Shown in pieces: positions 12,517-24,077 of a stretch of DNA of 64,000 nucleotides (position 1 is the first letter of the stretch; every line of letters starts with the position of its first letter). The stretch covers positions 30,506,001-30,570,000 of the forward strand of contig NC_087437.1 in the NCBI RefSeq assembly GCF_036321535.1, written 5' to 3'. The notes under the pieces were generated by a model that was not told where the DNA came from, made no database searches, and worked only from the letters and a program-made list of their open reading frames with translations. The translations under genes and the position numbers were made by a program. Source of the stretch: Camelus dromedarius. Lineage: Eukaryota.

Positions 12517-13569
12517 GTAAATATGTGAGCGCCAAGGCGCAGAGTGCCATGTATTACTCTGAGGGACCCAGAATGGAAAAGGAAAAATGATGACTATTTA
12601 TTTGGGTTTAAATTTTTTTAAATCTTGCTAGTTTACTTTTTTTATATTTCAAAGAGAAAGGGGAGATCAGTAACCAGCGCCTGACAGTCGTGCGCTCTGC
12701 GTAGCTACACACTCGTCCCAGGGAAACTCACTGCTGGCGGAGCTGAAGCCCCGGACATGATCCTTAAACCATCGGCACAGATTCAGACCTCTCCCTCTGT
12801 TATGCCAGGAGACTCTCCTCTCAGGGAAGCCTGGGTGCACAGGCTGAGGACAGAGGGTGGAAGGGAGGAGACGTGGGCTGTCATCTCCACAGCTGCTGCT
12901 TCCGTGGGGTGGAAGTGAGGAAGAGCTGGCGGCACCCGTGCTCAGAGACTGACAGCACCAGCCCGGCCTCAGGAAACTAAAGGCTTTGTGTTGACAAAGA
13001 AGACACACTCTTATCTATTTCAGAATTTACACCCTTGATTTTGATTTTCTTTTTGCACTGGCTTGAATAAAATCTAGTAAGTAGACATACTGATGTCAAA
13101 TATGACAATATGATCTGTGACAGTTTTCATTCCAACCCTAGAAGAGCCTAACAAGTAGGTAACCTGTATGTGAGCTTATGGCTCCCCACCTTTACTTCTT
13201 GTGCTTTTAACCGCAACACTGAAAGGTCTCCCCACTGACCCCCAGATTCCTAGGGTCTTCCACAAAAGTACTCCATAACAGCAAAATTCATCTTAAGCCT
13301 TTGCCTGTTATTCCCTGTTAAGACCTAGAAATTCTAAGCCCTAAGCCATTAGGACACAGCTCTTTGCCAGAAAAGCCATTATAGCATGGACGTATGCGTA
13401 TTTAACTTGTGTAAACCGAATCATACACACGTAGAAAGACAAAATAGAAAATACATATTTATAGAAACACAATCCAAGTACCTCTCCTCGTGTTCAGGAG
13501 AAGTAGCAGTAATCTAGTCCAACTCTGGAATGAAAAATTGCTACCTGGGGCTTATCAAGAGGCAACAGA

Positions 13570-13630
13570 TACACCAGAAATTGACACACTGTAACTGACT
13601 ATATACTTCAAGAAAAAAAAAAAAAAAAAA
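13570..13630 (+). mobile_element. Extremely 5'-truncated young L1 (terminal ~40 nt plus polyA)
   Basis: 'tacaccagaaattgacacactgtaactgactatatacttcaa' plus A-tail, matching the L1 3' ends at 41.2 and 56.9 kb; perfect 13-bp TSD aagaggcaacaga (13557-13569, 13631-13643). Confidence 0.9.
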
Positions 13631-14239
13631 AAGAGGCAACAGAATCCACGGAAAACAAGGTCCACAGTGTTTATAGACCTAGCGCCATGCAACTCCACTG
13701 TAACTCAAGGCAAAGAATTAACATGTGATAAAAGCTTAACATTTTACCCCTTATGAGTCATTTTCTAGTTTAACAGGGCTTTTCGGTGCTCAGTACCAGA
13801 CTGGAGTGACAGTAACTCCCTCTCACCTGCAGGATAGGAAGTGACCACAGCATGGCTCGCCTGCTTCGTCTCCCTCCCCCAGGCCTCTAGTCTTCATTCT
13901 GGAACCTGTCATACACTTTCTTTCATTTTCTGACTTCATATTTTTTCTACTAAAACAATAGAAACTCACAGAAAGCTGAGTTCAAAAAATAAAAAGTAGC
14001 AAAAAGAAATGATACGTACATTTTCCTTCTAGCCTTTCATGTACATAGAAGATGAGCTCATTCCACGCGGACAATTATAGTCCCTTACTTTTCTCTTAAC
14101 GCTGTAACATAAGCATCTCCCCACAACGTTAAAATCTCTTTGGAAACGTCATTTAAGAGGGTTACGTAATAGACCACGGTGTCGGGCATATAAGTTGCGC
14201 CTGTTTTTCGCTATGACAATGTGTACTGATCACATGCCC

Positions 14240-14600
14240 TTCACACTTCCCTGCAACCGTTCTGTTGTCACCTGCCTGTCACATCTTTCCCTCTGCTCTC
14301 TGCCTGGTAAACTCCACACACCCTCCAAGTGCCAGCTCAAGCATGACCTGTGCTGCCTCCTCACCTGCTCTGTAACTAACTCCTCTGGGTCGGCTACTTT
14401 CTGTTCTGGGTCTCTACATCACTCCACGTGTATCTCTATTACAGTACCATCAGCACTATGTACTATTAGGGTGTTTGGCATCTCTCCCACCACAATCCGA
14501 GCTTCCTGACTACAGAGTCACATGCTTTTCATCTTCCTAACCATATCACCTAGCACAATGCCTCACACATAGTAGGTGCTCCTATTTGCTGGATATAAGA
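14240..14600 (+). mobile_element. L2 3' fragment
   Basis: 'cacctagcacaatgcctcacacatagtaggtgctc' L2 terminal motif with upstream pyrimidine-rich L2-like sequence. Confidence 0.6.
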
Positions 14601-14943
14601 ATTTCAGGCATTTTAGCTGAGCCTTTGAAGCCCCGGGGTGTTTTTTTTCCCAGAACTCCCCAGTTGTAGTGTTGAGAAATTATGTTCATTCATTCCTGTA
14701 CCAGAGGCCTGGCTGGCAGGAATAATTCGGTAGGTACTGGAGAGGAAAATGATTGTATTTCAGGGAAAGGGATCTAGTTGGTGCTAAAAGCACCAAACCA
14801 GTAACCAAAATTGGTCCTGATAACTGCTTCAGAGGTAAAGGCAAATCAGGTTTTGTCACTAGGAAGGGCAGATCTGTGAGAGTTTTCTTAGACCCTGGAA
14901 ACTGCAGAAATGGCATTTAATGTGAGTATAAGAAAAGTCTGCT

Positions 14944-15092
14944 GGGGCGGGGAGGGTGGAGCTCAGTGGTAGAGTCCATGCCTGGCATGCCCGAGGTCCC
15001 CAGGACCTCCATTATAAATAAACAAACAAACAAACAAACAAACAAACAAACCTAATTATCCCCCTATACACCCAAAACAAAACCAAACCAAA
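14944..15092 (+). mobile_element. tRNA-derived camelid-type SINE (Vic-1-like), B-box deleted
   Basis: 'ggggagggtggagctcagtggtagagtccatgcctggcatgcccgaggtcc', (aaac)n and A-rich tail; 11-bp TSD aaaagtctgct (14933-14943, 15093-15103). Confidence 0.85.
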
Positions 15093-18000
15093 AAAAGTCT
15101 GCTTACACCCTAACCTCCATTATGTGCCTCACTTGTGCTCACTGAAGGCTCTGGATTTTGCTTCGGTTCATAGTTTCCGTATTCTCACCCAAAGCCTAGC
15201 ATGAATGGCCTCTATAATTGATTCCTAAATTCACTCATTAAGTGTTCCATCTGGGAGTTCTCACATGGGTGAAAAATAATCATTTTTGCTTAAATCCGCC
15301 GTACAACTTCTCTCTATAAATTTTGGGTATGCAGGCAACGTTTGGTTCCCTTCAGCGGGGCTGGGAGGACAGAAGGTGAATCCTTTGTATGCAGAGCATT
15401 TCCAAAATGAGGCTGCCTTTTGTGCGGGGCTTTCTCGTGACCAACCTCCCTCCAGGTGGAACAAAGGGAGTGTCTGAATCTGTGGCCACGCTGGACCAGG
15501 GTCAGCTGTGGCTCTGGTACGGAGGTGTGCAGCTTCCTGGCCAACGGCTTCCTGGCCCTGCCAGTGCTTCTGCTCCTGAGCTCTGCCCTTCTCAGCGAAG
15601 GAGCGTCTGCTGCTCCCACCACCTCCTACAGCCCCAGGACCCATGCGGCGCCATGAGCTGAGCTCACACGGTGTCCACCCAGGGGATTGACAGGGAGGTT
15701 TCTCTACCCAGGTGTTGCCCAGTGAATTTAACTCGATATTCACACAAATGACTTCACTCAACACTATGTCTAGAGGGAAAGTACACGTTTCCCCCAAATT
15801 TCCTTAAAACAGCCGCACAGGCAGAAAGGTCGTCCAGCAATCCACAGAGACTATAGTAAATACCACACATAAAGACTCAAAGGTGCTAAAATAAATCACA
15901 GGATGCTTATTTTTTCAGTCACACTGTATTCTCCATTCTCACCTCTGTTTTCACAGAATCTCCACAAAAATCCCCACAAGGAAGGCCCATGTCAGGGGTG
16001 GTCATCTCTCTGGCCTGACACACATGCCCATCAACATGGGGAACAGTACCCCCTACCCTACAAAGTGAAAATATTTCAAGAGACCCACCATGACCATCTG
16101 TCCCAGTACAGGAAGCTACAGACATGTCCAAGTGACCATTGTATCTTGGTAAAAGCCAAAATAAATTTAAGTTCCTTGATTCATAGTCTGAATCCTGGGA
16201 TTTAACCTTAAGAATTAAGCTTAATTAATTAAGAAAAATAATCCAAGAGAAAGGACAATAGATTACAAATGTCTATTTCAGCATTATTTGGGAGGGTGAC
16301 ACAACGATCCCCAAATGGGAAAATGATGAAACAAAGCAAGATATTTGCACTTTAGGATGTTATAGACTGATTTCTGGAGCCACACAGATCAATAGAATGG
16401 ATACTGCCTTAGAAAAGTCTAAATTCTATGTGCATAGAATTTCCATGCACATGCTAAAAAGGAGCTACTCCACCCTGCACCTTACTTACCCAGAGGAAAA
16501 AAACTGCTACCTCTTGTACGTATGTGAATGAACAGCCTTGTCAGGTGAGAGCAGCGCCTGGGAAAGGCTGGAGCTGGCAGGGTGCCAGGCTCCCATAAGA
16601 TAAGGAAAGTGGGGACCAGCTGGCAGCCACAAACATTTGGCCTCTGGGAAGAGCCCCAGGAATGTCAGGCACTGTAGTAAACGGTGAAGGAAGGCGTGTG
16701 GGGACAGTGCAATGCCAGCTGTGCCCCATATGAGCCAAATGACCAGCTGGGCCAATCAGGAGCTGTCCTTGGACACACGTATATGGAAAAGAGCTGGAAA
16801 AGAACACGGTAAATAAAAACAATGGGTTTGTTAGTGTACTAAGATTATGGACTCATTTTTCCCTTTAGAGTTTCTTTTCTGTTGTTGATAGTGAGTGTTG
16901 ATAGTAAATATTTCAAAGCTGTATTTCAACAGGCTTTAAAAGAGTGGCACATTCTGGTGGATGGAAACACCATGCATGCCTATTTAGGTTATGGATCAGA
17001 AAGGGACTCCCAGCAACAGGGAATTTTGGAATGTTCAGGGGTGAGGAAAGAGCCCTGTTTTCATTTATCAACAGTTTTTAACATCTCCTGCTTCCTTCCC
17101 TTTCTAAAGCACAATGTCAGGAAAAATTACTCCCCCGCAGCCATCTTGTCCTCTTCCCAGCCACTTTTGTGTCTCCTTTGCCATTCACCAGCTGTACTAC
17201 ATCTCAGATTTAATGTGGCTGTTTGTCAAATCCAAACAGCTACCTTTTACCTCTGTGTTTAGGACAAACTACATGGGGTCAAGTTCCCTCCATACTCTTC
17301 CTTTAGTGACATTCCTTTGGTGAAGCCCCAGGCACACCTTATGGCAGTGAGGGTCAAGTGTTGATTCTTGCTAACTTAAACAGCCCTCTCCCTTTGAAAA
17401 ATATCTGAAGAATGAAGAAAAAGAATTCAGTTAACTTTCTCTTGGGTTTTATGCTAATAGCCTGACCTCTGAGAGAACGATCATACTGCCAGGACCATGA
17501 TTGCTTTAGAGCGTTTAATATTAATAAAATGCAACAAATTACTCATTCAATAGATACTCATTGAGACCCGCCATGAGTAGTGATAGTAACTGAGTAGTGA
17601 CAGAGCCCGGGCGAGGATCCAGGTTCACTTGCTCAACGGATCAGGTCCTTACTCCTGAGCGCCCCACGTGGGCGCTGACTCTGGGCAATGCACTCTTCTA
17701 AGGCTGGAAGTATGGCAACGTTTGTACTCCACACACTTATAGCCAATTCGGTTGCCTAAAGTTTCCTGTCTTCCTCAAACCAGCAGCTTCCCTGGACAAC
17801 AAATCAGACAACCCTCCCTGGAAACTGCTTCCCACAACCATCACTTGGTACCCGCCCCCATACATGCACCTGTACTTCCATTTGCTTTTGATTTCCTTAC
17901 GTTTAGCTACAACTAAAAAGCTTTCCTTGTGAGGAAAGAAATGTTTTTGGCAATTGTGCTATCTACTTTGAACTTGTTTCTCTCAAGCTGTCGGCCTTTC

Positions 18001-18482
18001 TCTCTTCCCCACTGCGAAACTGACTAAAACCAGCGTGAAGCTGACAGATTTTTGTATAGAGACCGGACACAGCATAAAAATGTCTGAGATTTTTGTTCCC
18101 TCTTTTAACACAAGGGATCTTCCAGTGCATCCTTTTCTTATTACCATTATTCACCAAAAGGTTTTCTTACCCAAAAAGATGATTCAGAACTAGGAATTTT
18201 ATTCAACCAATTAGTCTCAAGCCGCACTCTCCTGGGGAATGACTTATACCCTGCACGCAGTATTAAGCCCTTTGCTAAATAAAAAAAAATATAAATAAAA
18301 AATAAACCCTTTGCTGAAAAATAAAGTAAAAAATAGATTCTTCAGATTTTCTTGGCTCATTTGAGTTTACTCAACCCATAGCGCATTTTCCAGTAAGAAG
18401 TGGCAGGATATTCATCCTGCTCTGCTAAGAAAGAAAAAAAAAAATACAGGAGGAGACACAGACCTTTAAAATAGCATCCATG

Positions 18483-18931
18483 ACTATTACTCAGCCAGAA
18501 GAAAGAATGGAATAATGTCGTTTGCAGCAACATGAATAGACCTAGAGATTATCATACTAAGTGAAGTAAGTCAGACAGAGAAAGACAAATAGCATATGAT
18601 ATCACTGATCTGTGGAATCTTAAGAAATGATACAAATGAACTTGTTTACAAAACAGAAACAGACTCACAGACACAGAAGACAAACTTATACCAAATGGGA
18701 AAGGGTAGGGGGAGGGATAAATTAGGAGTTTGGGATTAATAGACACACACTACTGTATATAAAACAGTTAAACAAAGACTAACTGTGTAGCACAGGGAAC
18801 TACATTCAGCATCTTGTCATAATCTACAATGGAAAAGAATCTGAAAAAGAATATCTTTCTATGTAACTGAATCATGTGGCTGTACACCTGAAACTAACAC
18901 AACATTGTAAATCAATTATATTTCCATTTAA
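18483..18931 (+). mobile_element. L1 3' end (cetartiodactyl-type 3'UTR)
   Basis: 'ttgcagcaacatgaatagacctagagattatcatactaagtgaagtaagtcagacagagaaagac'...'gtacacctgaaactaacacaacattgtaaatcaa'; TSD aaaatagcatccatg/aaaataacacccatg. Confidence 0.9.
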
Positions 18932-19877
18932 AAAATAACACCCATGGCGGGAGCAGACACACTCCCGGGAGTTGTGTCTTGCTCAGACTCATGTCCACCA
19001 AGCCAAGCACAATGCCTATTTCACAGCAGATGCTCAATACATGTTCGCCATATAAATCCACGAGCAAGCAGATGCTATGCCCTGGTACCAGCTCTTTGTT
19101 GGAAGAGAGGCTGGTGGATAGAGGTGCTCCGTCAATAGCCCTACCCCATCCGTGGTCCTGGCCAGCTGAAGACAGCAGAGGGTCATGTGTGGAAGGCACC
19201 TCACCCCACAACCTGCACCCACTGCAGACTCAACCTCAAGAGGACTCTGTCTGGACATGAGGGTCCTCTGAAAGATAGGTCCAAAGAAGGTTCTGGGTTC
19301 CCTCTAGTTTTAGAGGCCTGGGGACCCCAGGGCTACCTCTGGAGTCCAGGCTGGAGTGTGGGCCCACCCTATATCTCTCACAGCTGCGCCCAGAGGCTGC
19401 TGCACAGATTCCTGGCAGCTTCTTAACTGTAGGCTTTGGTTCCCAAAATTTTGTGTCCAGTCAGACAGCTTTCCTGGAGTTCAAACACATTTCACATTTT
19501 CCCTTGAACATCACCCCAGGGAAATCTCACAGAAATACCAGACTCAAGCCATCAGCTTTCCTCTGGAACATGCACTGCCTCTTGTGTGCCCCAATACCAG
19601 GCTCACTGTTTGTGCATCCCGGGGGTACCCCATCCTCCCTCAACACCCAACTCCCCGCATCTGTGAGTGGCAGTGGCTAGAGTCTCCTTGCACCTATTCC
19701 TTCTTGGAAAACTACTCACCCCTCAGGAGCCTACTCCGTGTCCTCCGTCTGCTTGCCTTTCCTCACTCTTCCAGAATGGGGTGAGCTTCCAGAGAGCTTT
19801 GTTCAGGGGTTCGACTAGCACTTGTAGCCTTTCTGCCAGCTTACCTGTCACCTCCTGACTGTGGCTGCCTCCTCCCA

Positions 19878-20052
19878 AGAGATTCTCAAACCCGAGGGAA
19901 TGTCAAAATCATCTGAATAATTTTTGAAACAGAGTTTCCCAGGCCTTACACCTGGAGATTCAGACTCACTAGGTCTCGTGTGGACCCAGAGGTGCTGAAT
20001 CTATAGGAGCTCGTGGGGTGATTCTGGAGCTCAGCCACGTGTGGGAGCCTCA
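19878..20052. mobile_element. MER5-like hAT-Charlie MITE
   Basis: 'ttctcaaac...caaaatcatctg...cccaggccttacacctggagattcagactcactaggtct...gtgattctg'. Confidence 0.6.
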
Positions 20053-22729
20053 TCCTAGACACTAGCTCCGTCCGGTGCCGCTCAGCTCTCCAGTGCAGCA
20101 GGTGACAGAGCCTCACTGTGCAGGAGGGGCTCCGTCTTGGTCTGGAGGGAGTGTGGGTAAGTGGGTGGGGAGATGTCCAGTGGCTGTTGAGGGAGACATT
20201 CTGAACCACTGCAAGACTGAGAGGATCCTGAGAGAGACTCTCAAGTTAATTCAGAGCCTCTGGAAAAAGGCAGCAGAACTGAGCCCTATTTCCAGCTCCA
20301 GAGACCCCTGGCTTCTCTGACATGCAAAATGCACTTAATTTCTTGAAGATTCTCTCTCCTCCCCCTGTGCACTTCTTCCCATCTCCCCCACCTCCTCAAA
20401 GGCTTTTAGAAACCAGTAGCTTCTCCAGTCTCCTCCAAGCCCCAGATCACGTGTCTCCAGAGCCCGAGGGAATAATCTGGCTGAATACCAGGGAGTAACC
20501 GGGTATGTGTCCCATAAATGGGCCCGGATATCCAAAAGGCAGAGTAAGATCTCTGAATCAAACCTGGGCAAGGGATCCAACCAAACACAAAAACCAGTTT
20601 CAGAAAGGTGTGAAAAAGATGAGTTGGAGATGCGCGTGGCTGGTTTCCCGCTGTCAGGAAGGAGAAGGGTTCCTCCCATGGCGTTATCTCTGTCAGAGGC
20701 AGCCAGTGCTGGCTCCCCTGTGCGGCTCCCTGCCATCTGGCAGCATATGAAGGCCGCTGGGGGTTCTGTCTGAGAGCCATCTGAGTCCATAATTCAAATT
20801 CAAGAGCATTTTCAATGTAAAAAAGAGTAATGCTTGATTTAATTTTACTGCCTTGGGCTTGCTGGGTAGGGAGCAGGAGGGAAGTAGCGGGAGGAGGAGA
20901 GGCTGCAATTCTTCCCCAGAAGCGGTGGCATCTGCTCCTGGCGGGGAAGATGCCCAGGGCATTGCCTTTCCGTAGAATTACTCCCAGGCAGGAAAATAAA
21001 AACAATGCAGATTTTCTCCCCAATCTCCCAGCCTCTTCACATCTCAGGAAACAAGCTCTCTGCCATTGGGCAACTTGACTGGCTGTCCTGCAACCAACAT
21101 CAGCCGTCACAGTGTCACAGTGCAAGGAGAAGGGAAACCTCCAGGGCCAAGCGGAAACAAACAGGAGAGCTCAAATGTGGCCGCCAAAGGGACCCTCCAG
21201 GTGAGCATGAGAGAGCATTGGATGGATTCGAGTCCAGCACATGGCTCTCCAGGGTCTGCCCGGGTTTTAGCGTCTGTTTTCACGTGGAGAGTACATCAGC
21301 TATTTCTACACGCAAATCTCACCTCCTTGGAAAAACAACCGCAAGATTAGAGCAAAAATAGACACACCTAAACGGATATCACTGAAATCTTCAATCAACA
21401 TAAAGTCACAGCAATCCCAGAACCTCCAAAGGTTCCCAGGCAGAATGCTCCCCACACCAGGGGATGAGGAGAGGATGGACAGCCAGGCGGCTCCTCCTGC
21501 TCCCTTGCACCTGCAGACCCTACAGTGGTCTGGCTAGGGCCGCATGGGAAGACCAGTAATCCCCAGAAAGGCTGGTGACATGGCTTAGTTTGGACTTTGC
21601 AGGATTTATCACATGTCACAGAGAAGGAATTAATCGTGGTGCGGAATGTGGCAGTGAACAAGTCCTTCAGTGGTTTGTATAGTACATGTATGAACAGCCA
21701 GGCAATCTGTCTGCCAGGCCCATTGCCTGCTCTGGGATTCCAGCCACACCCACCCAGTTAGCTATTTGGCACCACATAGCCCTGCAACCCCAGTTCCAGC
21801 TGGCTGGGGGCCAAGGAGGAGTGCCTAACTGAAGAGCAGCCTGGCTCAGGGACCCTGACCAACAGGCACAGTTGTGACCTAATTAAGCTGATCAGATCTC
21901 ATTGCTTGGGTCTTTGAGAGCCCTGCATTAGGGAAAAAAAGAATTAGCAGTTGATAGAAGGAATAAAACATTCTGCTTACCAAATATGCAGACATAGTTC
22001 ATATCTAATCACCAGGGTGCCAAAAAATTATTTCTGAAATAATTGATATCTGTTTTATTTTATAAAAGAAATTAATCATCACAGAGGGAAAAAATCAGAA
22101 CTTTTTCTAGACTTATTTATATTTATTTTAAATCTTCATGTGGCATTTACTTTGAAACTCAGGGTCAGGAGGCGGAGAGCAGCCTACACATTTTCTGGTC
22201 TAAATGTCTTAATGTGAACCTGAAAAACTACAAAGAGAAGCAGCAGGAAGAAGCCCTGAAGTAACAGGAGCCAGGAGTAGGAGAGGAGAGAAAATCAAGG
22301 AGCCAGAGGCAGGGCAAGAGGTGCAAAGTGAGGGGCCTGCTGAGTTACCCTGATGCCTGGGCAGCACAGAGGGAATGCAGGCGCCTGCTTCTGGGGAACC
22401 TTCCCGAAATTCCCGGTGCCCAGAGCTGCTGCTGTCACCTCAGTGTGGCCTAAGGCTCCCTTATTTCCTCATGGAGCCTTAACACCTTTCCTTTCCTTAT
22501 TTCCCGAGAGCCTGAGTTGGTCTTTGCTTCTTGAAATCTATAAAAACCTAACTAAGGCATCATATTAGCAAATAAAAGGAATATATTCAGATATTATTAT
22601 CAAAGCCAAAGGTAAGGAACTTTAAAGAGGGTAGACAGAATGTCATGATTTGTGTGGTTCAGTTGAGAGGCTTAATTTAAAAAGACCTTTGAGTTGAAAG
22701 ACAAACGTTGAAGAATATAGAATACCTTC

Positions 22730-23110
22730 AGAAGATGGAGGCCACATGAATACACGTGAAACCATGTCTTAAATGGGCAACAATCTGAGAGCTAGGGGTG
22801 TGCCACCTGAAGAAGAGAAAACCCAGGGGGCTTCTGATGGATAATGTCCTGTGTCAGAGGACTATCAGGTGAGGAAGGCCTGGAATTGTTTCATGTGCCA
22901 AGAGGAAGAACTAGGAGCATGGAGAGCAAAGGTTTTATTTCAAAAATCGGAAAAGCTTATCAAAAATGCAAATTTTTCAGAGGATGGGGTGATCTACTTT
23001 TAAAAGTAATGAGTTGTTTGCCATGGAAAGTGTTCAAGGAAAAAAATGACTGTGCTTTGGCAGCAATGTTTGAGAGGGGATTAAAGAATTATCTTGATTC
23101 TGAGAATGTT
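22730..23110 (+). mobile_element. L3/CR1-like ancient LINE 3' fragment
   Basis: 'gaagagaaaacccagggggc...gtaatgagttgtttgccatggaaagtgttcaagg' resembles the CR1/L3 3' end. Confidence 0.45.
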
Positions 23111-23149
23111 TGAGAGCCAGACCCTTCCATCCATGACCTTTCCTATGTA

Positions 23150-23357
23150 GGGATCACAAATTCTGGAGCCTCACTACTCAGGCTTGTATCCTGGCTGACC
23201 CTAAGCAAGTTACTTAGCACATCTATGCAAATTTCCCAATCTAGAAATTGAGAAAATAGTAGTACCTATATTACAGAGATGTTGTGAAGATTAAACAAGA
23301 TAATTCAAATAAAGATTTTAGAACAATGTCTGGCAACTAAGAAGTACTATTGTTGTT
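23150..23357 (+). mobile_element. MIR SINE
   Basis: 'tgaccctaagcaagttacttagc...aatagtagtacctatattacagagatgttgtgaagattaaa'. Confidence 0.7.
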
Positions 23358-23372
23358 AAGAATTTGGTCTCC

Positions 23373-23678
23373 CATAGAAAACAGACTTGTGGTTGCCAGT
23401 GGGGAAAGGTGGGGTGGAGGGGTAAATTAGGAGTTTGGGATTTGCAGATACTAACTACTACATACAAAACAGTTAAACAGCAAGGTCCTATTGTATAGCA
23501 CAAGGAACTATATTCAATACCTTATAATAGATTATAATGAAAAAAGAATATGAAAGGAATATATGTGTGTGTGTAATATATGTGTGTGTAATATATGTTT
23601 CTGTGTGTGTATATATATAACTGAATCACCAGAAATTAACATAACATTGTAAACTGACTACACTTCAATTAAAAAAAA
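23373..23678 (+). mobile_element. L1 3'UTR end
   Basis: 'catagaaaacagacttgtggttgccag...aaattaggagtttgggatt...actacacttcaattaaaaaaa'; flanked by a tttggtctcc repeat. Confidence 0.85.
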
Positions 23679-24077
23679 GGAGGGGGGGGTGTTTGGTCTC
23701 CAGGACTAACTTCATTGTGCTCATGGTCAAACTAATTATAACTGTGAATGGAATATCTGCTCATCACTGAAGGAAGCAAATTTTAGAACTGCTTTGTAAG
23801 TGTCATTAAATTAGTAGATTAATGGTGAAAAATGGCTCTAGGTTTTGGAATATTTTCTTCTCCTTAATTATAAAGCCATGCATGACTTTAAAAAGAACAA
23901 AGAAAGGTAGGCCCAAGGGCTGTAATTGAATTCCACCGTTGGTTCAGTAAATATTTTGGGGGGTCTACCATGTGCCTGGTACTGTACTACTCAAAACAAA
24001 TACAACCAAAGAAACAACTTGCTCCCAAAGGGCTTACTTAAGTCAGGGAGATAGACCATCAGTATTATAACAGGTAA

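Noticed and set aside
14944..15010. tRNA gene (also at 36430-36505)
   Set aside because: tRNA-like heads are followed by SINE tails and TSDs; they are SINEs.
15261..15797. 178-aa minus-strand ORF
   Set aside because: Non-ATG start, no domain similarity, no convincing exon structure.
16205..16232. Short palindrome aattaagcttaatt
   Set aside because: Too short and AT-rich to be distinguished from chance.
20406..21125. Longest listed ORF (239 aa, minus strand)
   Set aside because: No recognisable domain, and overlapping ORFs occur in several frames; consistent with chance in GC-richer DNA.
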